Source: Ignavibacteriota bacterium
GTDB lineage: Bacteria > Bacteroidota > Ignavibacteria > UBA10030 > UBA6906
Assembly (NCBI GenBank): GCA_963748405.1
Contig: CAVVIT010000008.1
Span: 34,018 to 98,017 of the forward strand
Direction: 5' to 3'
Length of the DNA: 64,000 nucleotides
Shown here piece by piece: positions 36,488 through 44,855 of the stretch. The position numbers were made by a program, and so were the translations under genes. The notes under the pieces were generated by a model. That model saw only the letters and a program-made list of their open reading frames with translations, was not told the origin of the DNA and made no database searches. Each line of letters opens with the position of its first letter. The first letter of the stretch is position 1.

Positions 36488-37150
36488 ATGAAGTCGCTCC
36501 TCTGCCCCCGCTCTCCATATGCCGCACTGGAAGACATCCGACTTGAAGAGTCGTGGGACCCGGCGAGCTCCGAACCGCTGCACATGGCCGACGGAGCCCC
36601 CGCACCCCCCGAGCTGTCTACCTCGGTCCGGTGTTTCTGGAGCGACCTGTTCCTCTTCGCAATCTTCTGCTGCAGGTATCGGGAATTGAAGATCATCTCC
36701 GATCCTCCCGGATCTGACGCAGAACGAAGAACGCCCCTTCTCTGGGAACAGAGTGATGTTGTGGAGGTTTTTATCGGTGCAGGGGCGAGGGCATCGGGGC
36801 GGTACTTCGAGATCCAGGTTGCGCCTGACGGCCGGTGGACCGACATGGCCATCGTCAAAACAATCAACGGTCTTCTTCAGGATACGGGTTGGGCGTCCGG
36901 GGTCCGGTGCAAGTCCTCCGTCAATGGTCCCGGGAGTGAATGGAGGGCGGCTGTAGCCGTACCGTGGAAATCGCTGGATCGGCGGGGGCCTCTCGAGGTT
37001 TCCTGGGAATGTAATTTCTATCGTGCCTCAGGAAGAACCCACGGGGACGAGTTGCTCGCTTGGGCTCCCACCGGCTACGGCACGCAGTGCTTTCATCGCC
37101 CGGAAAAGTTCGGACAATTGGAGTTGTTGGATCACCCCGCGACGGAGTAA
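36488..37150 (+). CDS. carbohydrate-binding family 9-like protein
   Basis: VEVFIGAG...GRYFEIQVAPDGRWTD...NFYR layout resembles CBM9_2-type proteins (from memory). It is the last co-directional gene of the locus. Confidence 0.45.
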   Translation: MKSLLCPRSPYAALEDIRLEESWDPASSEPLHMADGAPAPPELSTSVRCFWSDLFLFAIFCCRYRELKIISDPPGSDAERRTPLLWEQSDVVEVFIGAGARASGRYFEIQVAPDGRWTDMAIVKTINGLLQDTGWASGVRCKSSVNGPGSEWRAAVAVPWKSLDRRGPLEVSWECNFYRASGRTHGDELLAWAPTGYGTQCFHRPEKFGQLELLDHPATE

Positions 37151-37181
37151 CCCCGCCCCGCTTCCCGCTCTCTCCTACCGT

Positions 37182-37218
37182 TATGGTTGACTTTCTCATT
37201 TTAAACTGGTATGGTTGA
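37182..37218 (+). promoter_or_regulatory. direct repeat TATGGTTGA x2 upstream of the SatD-like gene
   Basis: TATGGTTGA at 37182-37190 and 37210-37218 (28-nt period), 33 nt upstream of the GTG at 37251. The 9-mer is one mismatch from the FCB-type -7 element TAnnTTTG. Confidence 0.3.
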
Positions 37219-37250
37219 ATGCAGAATGAACGCAAGATAAGAGAGCACCA

Positions 37251-37910
37251 GTGGGAAAGCCTCATCGAGTCAAATACGTCGTCCTGGTGGCCGACCTGGT
37301 TTCATCCAGGAAAATAGTCGAGAGATCCGCAGTACAGGAGAAGCTCACCACCTGTCTGAGGCGGCTCAATTCGGGGAAGAAAGAGGGCCTTCTCTCTCCG
37401 TACACCATCACACTCGGGGATGAGTTTCAATCCGTGTTTGCCACGCCGGGGAGGATTTTTCGCGACGCGCTGACAGTCCTGATCGCCCTCTACCCGGTCG
37501 AGGTTCGATTCGTCTTTGCCGTCGGGGAAATCAGCACGTCAATCAATTCGAAACAGACACTCGGGATGGATGGACCGGCATTCCACGAGGCAAGGGGAGC
37601 CATCGAACGCCTGAAGAAAGCGAAGGGGCTTTTCGCCGTTGCCGGCCCCGAGCCTGCCGGGCTCGACCTGGTGAATCACAGTCTCGCCCTCGTGTCCCAT
37701 GCGATCAGAAAATGGCCCAGATCGCGGCTGGAGATACTGCGAGGTATCCTGGAACATCGGTCCGTCGGGCAACTGGCAAGCGACCTCGGAATCACGGATA
37801 AGGCGGTGTACAAATCCATCGACGCAGGAGCGGTCAGAACGATTGCGCCCATCTTCGATGAGATTATCATGCGTATTGCCGCATTGCAGGACGGGAGCCA
37901 ACACGGATGA
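37251..37910 (+). CDS. SatD-like protein (minimal cyclase/palm-like N-domain + C-terminal HTH)
   Basis: VVLVADLVSSRKI and ITLGDEFQSVF resemble the two acidic strands of class III cyclase/GGDEF palm domains. C-terminal GQLASDLGITDKAVYKSI is HTH-like. The overall layout recalls Pfam SatD (from memory). Confidence 0.5.
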   Translation: MGKPHRVKYVVLVADLVSSRKIVERSAVQEKLTTCLRRLNSGKKEGLLSPYTITLGDEFQSVFATPGRIFRDALTVLIALYPVEVRFVFAVGEISTSINSKQTLGMDGPAFHEARGAIERLKKAKGLFAVAGPEPAGLDLVNHSLALVSHAIRKWPRSRLEILRGILEHRSVGQLASDLGITDKAVYKSIDAGAVRTIAPIFDEIIMRIAALQDGSQHG

Positions 37911-38524
37911 TACGTGAGATCTGGGAACCGGATATGACGGTGGTATTTGTCAGCTCCGCCGTGCTGGAGCAGTCGGAGAAGCTGGGCTTTTCGCACATGC
38001 ACCCGCGGGACCGGTTCTGGGATCTTCTCGAATTGGGTGGAATCACTCCGAAAAAGGTCGTCACCGCCCAGGAACGCAAGGCCCTCTGGGAAGGGGTTAC
38101 CGGGGGGAGTCTGAGCGATCCTGTCCGATTGATGTTTATTGAAAAGAAAACGTCGCAGTTGATTCGCTCGGGAGTCGGGATCACGCAGCTGAACCGGAAA
38201 GTCGTCGTGCCAAATGAAAAAGACCGGTCCGCAATGCCGGAAGACGACGATATCAGACAGTTTATGACAAAGTTGGAGACACTTCGCCCTAGGGTTGTGG
38301 CATTTGCGACCTCCCCCGAGGTCTTTGTACAGGCGTTCGGGGGACGATGTCCGGGCCTGACGGCTACTCCCGGGCTCCAGCAGGTCCGGATTGCGGGATC
38401 CGAAACATGGCTGCTCGGTTCGACAACCGCTCAATTGCGCGGGGCATCTCTGACGGCACAGGAGGATCTTTTTTTCTCTCTGGGCGAGCGGATTTCGTTC
38501 CTCAAGGGAGGAGCCCCGGATTGA
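37907..38524 (+). CDS. divergent uracil-DNA-glycosylase-superfamily (Mug/TDG-like) protein
   Basis: Its ATG overlaps the SatD-like stop (ATGA). [40 protein letters not shown] aligns by eye with E. coli Mug [52 protein letters not shown] aligns with STQIWVLPNPSGL. The catalytic GINPG/NPSG motifs are replaced. Confidence 0.55.
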   Translation: [205 protein letters not shown]

Positions 38525-38583
38525 CCTGGGGGTGTCCGGGTAGGACCCGGAGGTTTCTTCTTTCCGGTACCGGTGCACATAAA

Positions 38584-38611
38584 GAAACCCCGGCACGTGC
38601 AGCCGGGGTTT
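38584..38611. terminator. bidirectional intrinsic terminator between convergent genes
   Basis: AAACCCCGGC (38584-38593) pairs with GCCGGGGTTT (38601-38610), giving a 10-bp stem and 7-nt loop, with a T-run on the + strand and an A-run on the other side. Confidence 0.65.
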
Positions 38612-38693
38612 TGATTTCAATGTGATGATCGACGAAGGACCTTCTGTTTTTGGGTCAACATTCCGGAGGTTTTAACAACCACCCGTTTCCCCC

Positions 38694-39992
38694 TTACCGA
38701 AGCAGCAGAACCTTCTTCGACTCCACGAGTGAGCCAGCCTGCAGGCGATAGAAGTATACACCGCTAGCGATGTTCGAACCGTCGAACCTGACCTCGTGAT
38801 ATCCCGCCTCCTGCTCGCCCTGGACGAGAAGAGACACCTGCTGTCCCAGCGTATTGTAGACGGCCAGTGTGACCTCTGAATTCTGAGGCAGATTGTAGCG
38901 AATCGTGGTCGAGGGATTGCATGGATTCGGATAATTCTGGAGATCAAGGTCCCCGTTCGATGTAAACTCGGGACCAGAGCACTCTCCGGGTTTGCACCTG
39001 TCTTTGCGGATGGAAACCACGCCGTACGCCGAAATGAAGAGCCCGTTGCGGAGATCCAGCGTTCGTGCGAAGAACATTTCTCCCCGGGAGCTGAGACAGA
39101 TGTTCCCGCCGGCATACAGTCCGGAGGGACCTACCAGAACCTCGTCGATCTTTAAGCCCGTCCTCGTGTTTACCGAGTATATGCGCGCGCCGGTAACAGG
39201 AGGAAGGCTTATATGGAAGAGATAGAACAGATTGTCGTCCATGCCCATTTCCATCCCCGGTACATCTCCCTCGGAAAGGAAATTGACCGCAAACGATACA
39301 TCCCGTGTCCCAACGGCATTCCATTTCGTCACGGGAGTTCTGTACGGCGTGGTACCGTAGCTCGAGGTCCACGAGCTGACGAACAGTGTCCGCTGGCCGC
39401 GATCGGCAATGACGCACTGTTGATTGGCGAAGATACCGGTGGTAAACATGATCTCCGAGACAAAGTGATTCCAGGTGACCGGATGGCAGCGAATCACGTT
39501 TCCGTACGTCCCACTGATGTACACAAGTGTGTGCATTCCGCTGCCGACGACCTTTAGACTCCGGGGATCATCGGAGAGCGTGCAAAGCTGCGTGAGCTGT
39601 CGACTGCAGGTGCCATATCGCCACAGGCTATTATCCGGCGGCCCGTTGGCGGCTTCGTTCTTCCAGACAGCTATATATAAATTGCCGTCCGATGCAAAAT
39701 CCATCCCGTATGGGCCAAACGTGGAGTTGGCCCAGGTAGGATCGGTGATCGTCATGACAGGAGCGTCGGGATGGGCAACGAGAAAGACATAGATGCAGTG
39801 AGTCTGCGAATCGGAGATGTAGAAGCATCTGCCGGAAACATCTGATGCTATTGCCCGGTAGGCGTGACTTTCGAGCGCGGGTGTTTCCTTGTACCAGGAC
39901 AACGACATTTGAGCCTGCAGTGACTGCTGAACCACGAGTATCGCCAGCAGGATGAGGAGGAACCGCACAGTGAGCCGAAGCGAGGTCTCCAT
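38694..39992 (-). CDS. secreted T9SS-sorted protein (beta-propeller-like)
   Basis: Signal peptide LLILLAILVVQQSLQA. CTD NYPNPCNPSTTIRYNL...VYFYRLQAGSLVESKKVLLLR. Confidence 0.75.
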   Translation of the reverse strand: METSLRLTVRFLLILLAILVVQQSLQAQMSLSWYKETPALESHAYRAIASDVSGRCFYISDSQTHCIYVFLVAHPDAPVMTITDPTWANSTFGPYGMDFASDGNLYIAVWKNEAANGPPDNSLWRYGTCSRQLTQLCTLSDDPRSLKVVGSGMHTLVYISGTYGNVIRCHPVTWNHFVSEIMFTTGIFANQQCVIADRGQRTLFVSSWTSSYGTTPYRTPVTKWNAVGTRDVSFAVNFLSEGDVPGMEMGMDDNLFYLFHISLPPVTGARIYSVNTRTGLKIDEVLVGPSGLYAGGNICLSSRGEMFFARTLDLRNGLFISAYGVVSIRKDRCKPGECSGPEFTSNGDLDLQNYPNPCNPSTTIRYNLPQNSEVTLAVYNTLGQQVSLLVQGEQEAGYHEVRFDGSNIASGVYFYRLQAGSLVESKKVLLLR

Positions 39993-40267
39993 GGTATGGC
40001 TCCTTTCCTGAATTGTCGGTCGGTTTCCTATGAAGAACGTACGTGTCCGCTAGAGGCTGCTTTACACCTCCTTTCCCGTATGTTCGAAACGTCGAAGAAA
40101 TGAACCGCAACAATGCGTCGGTTGTGAAGACGTCGACCGCAACATACTGAGCCCTGCAGTGTGAAGTGTCACAGAATTGTAAAGAAGAGGAAGGTGAGTT
40201 GAATCGACGGGGGTGGAGCTCGGCGACGGGCGAAAGGTCCCGGTATTGATAGATATGGAGGGATGTG

Positions 40268-40297
40268 CCCCTCCGGTGATTGAAGTCACCGGAGGGG
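40268..40297. other. perfect 12-bp inverted repeat (stem-loop) in a 356-nt non-coding gap
   Basis: CCCCTCCGGTGA (40268-40279), loop TTGAAG, TCACCGGAGGGG (40286-40297). About 50 nt downstream of the aldo/keto reductase stop. No U-tract. Confidence 0.5.
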
Positions 40298-40348
40298 TGT
40301 GAACAGATACCTTGTGGGCGTCAATTCCAGCCGCATGCGGCGGGATTG

Positions 40349-41335
40349 TTACTTGTTCACCGCAGCCATCGTGCGTTCGGGGTATCGCTGACCAGTTGCC
40401 GCGCCGGGGGGCACCGCGCTGGAGATCCGAGCGATTTCGGCGGCGCTCAGGTTGATGTTGACCGCGCCAACGTTTTCCTCGATGTACTTGCGCCGCTTCG
40501 TTCCCGGAATCGGAACAATGTCGTTCCCCTGTGCCAGAACCCACGCAAGAGCGAGTTGAGCAGGGGTGCATTTCTTTTCACCCGCGAGCTCCTCGATTAC
40601 ACGAAGTAGAGGAAGGTTCTTCTTCAGGTTTTCGTCCTGAAACCGGGGATGAGTCCTTCGAACGTCGTCCGGCGCAAGGTCCTCCGTTTTCGTCAGCGTA
40701 CCGGTAAAGAACCCCCTCCCCAGCGGGCTGTATGCGACGAACGTAATTCCGAGGTCGCGGCACGTGGGGAGGATCTCCGCCTCCACGTCGCGCGTCCAGA
40801 ACGAGTATTCCGTCTGGAGTGCGGCGATCGGGTGCGTGGCATTTGCCCGGCGGATTGTGGCCGGCGCCGCCTCAGAGAGTCCCAGGAACCTTACTTTCCC
40901 TTCCTTCACCAGGTCCGCCATTGCGCCCACCGTCTCCTCGATCGGTACTTTCGGATCGACGCGGTGCTGGTAGTAGAGATCGATGACGGTCATCCCCAGC
41001 CGTTTCAGGCTCGCGTCGCACGCGGAGCGCACATATTCCGGCCGGCCGTTGACGCCGAGGAAGCTCCCGTCGCTCCCCCGGACGTTCCCGAACTTGGTCG
41101 CGAGGACGACCTTCTCCCTGTAGGGCCGGAGCGCCCTGCCGACAAGCTCTTCGTTCTTGCCCACGCCGTACATGTCTGCGGTGTCAAAGAAGGTGACGCC
41201 CAGTTCGATCGCGCGGTGAATCGTGGCGATTGATTCGTTATCGTCCCTTCCCGCATAGAAGTCCGACATCCCCATGCATCCAAGCCCGAGCGCGGAGACC
41301 CCCAGTTTTCCTTTGCCGATTTTGCGTTGTTCCAT
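40349..41335 (-). CDS. aldo/keto reductase
   Basis: [22 protein letters not shown], and the typical AKR length and C-terminal block [26 protein letters not shown]. Confidence 0.9.
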   Translation of the reverse strand: MEQRKIGKGKLGVSALGLGCMGMSDFYAGRDDNESIATIHRAIELGVTFFDTADMYGVGKNEELVGRALRPYREKVVLATKFGNVRGSDGSFLGVNGRPEYVRSACDASLKRLGMTVIDLYYQHRVDPKVPIEETVGAMADLVKEGKVRFLGLSEAAPATIRRANATHPIAALQTEYSFWTRDVEAEILPTCRDLGITFVAYSPLGRGFFTGTLTKTEDLAPDDVRRTHPRFQDENLKKNLPLLRVIEELAGEKKCTPAQLALAWVLAQGNDIVPIPGTKRRKYIEENVGAVNINLSAAEIARISSAVPPGAATGQRYPERTMAAVNK

Positions 41336-41450
41336 CGTTAATATACCCCCATGAATGAATTAAACGGTCGGTCGAGCAAGATCCCCTTTGACCTGTTCCT
41401 CCAATAATGTATCTTCTCCTTGAATCAATATCCAGCAAGGGCAAACTCGC

Positions 41451-44366
41451 ATGCCAGACCAGGGTTGGGATCAACTGTTAAGTCACTTGCCTGAGAGGAT
41501 AGGCCCCATACTCGCCTATTCCGAATTCATGCCGCCTCCGAGAGTCGCCTGGCGCCCGTACGACACGGGCGTTCCGGGCCCGCGGATTTCGGACGATCCT
41601 TTCGGTTGGCTGATCGGCGAGCGTGAACAGGCGCAGGAACTGAAGCCCGGCCTGGAACAGGTAGCGCGCGACATCCTGCACGGCCTTCAGCGTCTTCACA
41701 AGGACCTTTCAGCGAGAGGCATCAGCCAGGGCAAACTGAGAGGAAACAAGTACTTCCCCCCCGAACTTGCCGGGCTTCGCGGACCCCTTGCGCACGAGCG
41801 GTTTGTGACACTTCTCCCTTTGGCTCTCTCCCGGACTCAGGACGACAAAGGCCGTGTAAGGTGGACTCTTTTCGGTGGAAGCGAACAGGGCCCGGACCGG
41901 GCGTTCTGGAAAAGCTTCTACACGGCACCAGGAAAAGAACGGCCCCGGGAGGAATCAGAGGACCTCATCCGGCGGCTCCTTTCCGGCGCGTACGGCGAAT
42001 CGCGTGGGCGCCTTGCCGAACTTCGCGGGGCCGGATTCCGCATACTTCCCGGATCTGGAGAAACGGTCTGCAGCAGATGGCGTCAGGATCCGCTTCCGGG
42101 CTGGACGGCTCCGTATATTATGCAAGAAGGGGATTCTCTCGAAAGTGTCAGGTACGTATTAACATTCCGCCCGTTCGGCACACTCCCCGTCCAAATCCAG
42201 AAGGCATATCTTTCCGGGCGCGTTCATCTTCTCCCATTTCCCGGGAGCCTGATATTTTGGGGCGCGCCCCAGTATCTCGACCTCCAGAGAGAGCTTCCCC
42301 TGGCGATGCAGATCCCGCTTCTCAATGTCTGTGAGCGGAGCGAAGGGATCCATGGACTCCGGATTCCCCAGTCCGGATGGATGCATGAGCCGCGGGAGGG
42401 AGGCCCGCCACCTTCCCGAAAGGCTCATAAGTGGAGGAACACGTACCGGCGCACGCACCGCTGGGAACACGTGGAGCGGCATAGAGATGAACTTGCGGTC
42501 CTTGCGGAAGAAGACCACGTGGCCCACGTTCTCTTCAGTTGCGATCCCGTGGATATCGACCTGTACAACAAGCCGATGGCCCGCAACTCACAGATCTGGA
42601 CGCACAGGTACGAACTCCTTCTCGATGGTCCCCGGGCAAATCGGGAGGATCTGATACGTGCAGCCGCTGCCCTGAGGGATGGAGGGGAATTCGGATACAG
42701 GTTTTACTTCCCCCCGATGGTCGTAGGGAAGCACCAGGTCCTCTGGCATACGCCCCTCGTGTCATTCGTGGACCAGAAGACTCATAAGCCCCGTGTGCTT
42801 GAGAATGCTCCTCTGGGTTATGTGACGGCCTACGACACCACGGCGTTCGATATCGAGAACCCCGTCGAACTCTGGCCTGTGTTGGGGCAGCGGCCTGAAT
42901 TGATGGCCGGCATGAACGGATACTCGAAGAAATATGAGCACAGGGATCACCAGGATTCTCTCAATGCTCAGAAGTTGATCCAGGTTTCGGACTCGTTCGG
43001 ATCCGCCCGTCTCCCGTCGGATTTCGCGCGGAGCATGCTGAATATTCCCCGCGAGGAGGATGCGGAAGATTGGATCAAGAGTGTAGGGAAAGGGAAGACA
43101 CGAGAAGCCAGAGACCTGTCTGAGAAACTTGGTCAGATCGTCACACCGCGGTCCTCCGGGCCCGCCGGGCTTCCCCCGTCACTCACATACCAGTACACCG
43201 CCAACAGGCGGTTTGAGGTGAACTACTGGAACACGATCTCGAAGCTTGCCACGGGGCGGTTCCTTAACAAAGAGAATGCCGATTGTGTCAACGATCCGGC
43301 CTCGAGGTCTCTCCGGAGGCAGGGGCACCGCGACCTGGAAGCGCTCGGGGATTGGCTGCTCGGGTATTATCGGAAGTTGATTTCTGAAAACGGGATGGAG
43401 GGAAAGGCGGTTGCCGGAGACCTTCCGTTCCGGTGGGTAACCGATTTCGAATTCAACTGGATGGGGGGCTGGAAATCAAACCAGGAAGGTGAAGAACGTG
43501 AGCGCGATCTCCTCGTGGTCATACCCGGGAAGGACAGGACCCGCGCGGTGATCATGGCCGATCACTACGATACGGCATATATGGAAGATCTCTACTATAA
43601 GGAGAGCGGTGGGAAACTGGCGCGCGTGGCAGCCAACGGTGCTGACGATAATCACTCGGCAACCGCGGCATTGATGCTGGGTGCCCCGATATTTCTGGAG
43701 CTCAGCCGGACGGGCCAACTGGAATGCGACATCTGGCTCATACACTTGACAGGTGAGGAATTCCCCGCAGATTGCATGGGCGCCCGGCACCTCGCGCAGT
43801 GGCTCGTTGAGAAGAATCTCAAATTGCGCGTGGTAGGGGGGAAGAGAGTCGATCTTTCCCATGCACGTGTTGAAGGGGTGTACGTCCTCGATATGGTCGC
43901 ACACAACAGGCATCCTCACCGCGACATCTTCCAGATCTCTCCCGGGCTCAGCCGGAAGTCGTACATGCTCGCCTACCAGGCTCATGTCGCAAACATGATC
44001 TGGAATGCAGGAGCCAGGGGTTGGAATCGGCAGCCGTCACGGCGGGACCTGAAACGGGGCCGCCGGAGCAAGGACGGGAAGAAGATTCCGGATATCGCGC
44101 GTCACCCCGACTTGCAGGGAGAAGTCCGGATACCTCTCGATCCGCGGAGCTCGCTCTTTAATACCGACGGCCAGATATTCTCCGATGTGGGGATTCCGGT
44201 CGTCCTTTTTATGGAGAACTACGATATCAACCGAACCGGCTATCACGATTCCAAAGACAACATGACGAACATCGACCTGGACTACGGTGCCGGGGTTGCC
44301 GCTATCGCCATCGAATCAGTAGCCCGGATCGCACACGATCCTGGTGCTTCAATCCCCGGGATATAA
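41451..44366 (+). CDS. large cytoplasmic protein: ~650-aa unrecognised N-terminal region + C-terminal M28-type zinc peptidase module
   Basis: No signal peptide. M28-like ligand pattern ADHYDT, GADDNHSATAAL, LTGEEF, LDMVAH, GYHDSKDN. Confidence 0.7.
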   Translation: MPDQGWDQLLSHLPERIGPILAYSEFMPPPRVAWRPYDTGVPGPRISDDPFGWLIGEREQAQELKPGLEQVARDILHGLQRLHKDLSARGISQGKLRGNKYFPPELAGLRGPLAHERFVTLLPLALSRTQDDKGRVRWTLFGGSEQGPDRAFWKSFYTAPGKERPREESEDLIRRLLSGAYGESRGRLAELRGAGFRILPGSGETVCSRWRQDPLPGWTAPYIMQEGDSLESVRYVLTFRPFGTLPVQIQKAYLSGRVHLLPFPGSLIFWGAPQYLDLQRELPLAMQIPLLNVCERSEGIHGLRIPQSGWMHEPREGGPPPSRKAHKWRNTYRRTHRWEHVERHRDELAVLAEEDHVAHVLFSCDPVDIDLYNKPMARNSQIWTHRYELLLDGPRANREDLIRAAAALRDGGEFGYRFYFPPMVVGKHQVLWHTPLVSFVDQKTHKPRVLENAPLGYVTAYDTTAFDIENPVELWPVLGQRPELMAGMNGYSKKYEHRDHQDSLNAQKLIQVSDSFGSARLPSDFARSMLNIPREEDAEDWIKSVGKGKTREARDLSEKLGQIVTPRSSGPAGLPPSLTYQYTANRRFEVNYWNTISKLATGRFLNKENADCVNDPASRSLRRQGHRDLEALGDWLLGYYRKLISENGMEGKAVAGDLPFRWVTDFEFNWMGGWKSNQEGEERERDLLVVIPGKDRTRAVIMADHYDTAYMEDLYYKESGGKLARVAANGADDNHSATAALMLGAPIFLELSRTGQLECDIWLIHLTGEEFPADCMGARHLAQWLVEKNLKLRVVGGKRVDLSHARVEGVYVLDMVAHNRHPHRDIFQISPGLSRKSYMLAYQAHVANMIWNAGARGWNRQPSRRDLKRGRRSKDGKKIPDIARHPDLQGEVRIPLDPRSSLFNTDGQIFSDVGIPVVLFMENYDINRTGYHDSKDNMTNIDLDYGAGVAAIAIESVARIAHDPGASIPGI

Positions 44367-44782
44367 TGACTGCTCGAGTCGGTAGAATGGTGATGAGAGT
44401 TGGAGGCGTCATGCTCATCATTCTCGGCGTGCTCCACCTGGCCGTCACTGGATTCATCGCGCACCTGATCACGGACAATGTCTCGCCCGCAGTCAGCGAG
44501 TGGCTCAAGGCCCCGATGATTCTTAATCATGTCGTGGTTGGAATCCTGCTTCTCCCACTTGGCTTCCTGACATATTATGCCGCTCCCTTTGCCGCGAGCG
44601 GGGAGAAGTGGGCGAGGGTCGTCACACGAACGACCGCCGTGACTGTTGCCCTTCTGCCTGTGACGCTCTTTGTCGTTATGGGGGGCCGGTATTTTGATGC
44701 CCTCCCCTTTCTTGCAGCAACAATAATTGTATGTATTGCAGCACTGTCGCTGATTGTGGCCGCGTTTTTCTCACGTTCCTGA
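44366..44782 (+). CDS. small 4-TM membrane protein
   Basis: Its ATG shares a base with the upstream TAA stop (TAATG). Four hydrophobic segments. Confidence 0.55.
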   Translation: MTARVGRMVMRVGGVMLIILGVLHLAVTGFIAHLITDNVSPAVSEWLKAPMILNHVVVGILLLPLGFLTYYAAPFAASGEKWARVVTRTTAVTVALLPVTLFVVMGGRYFDALPFLAATIIVCIAALSLIVAAFFSRS

Positions 44783-44855
44783 GGAATCATAGCCCCGGCT
44801 ACGTGTTGTAGATAAGTCCGATGCTGAACACACACATAAAGGCACGAGGAGAATA

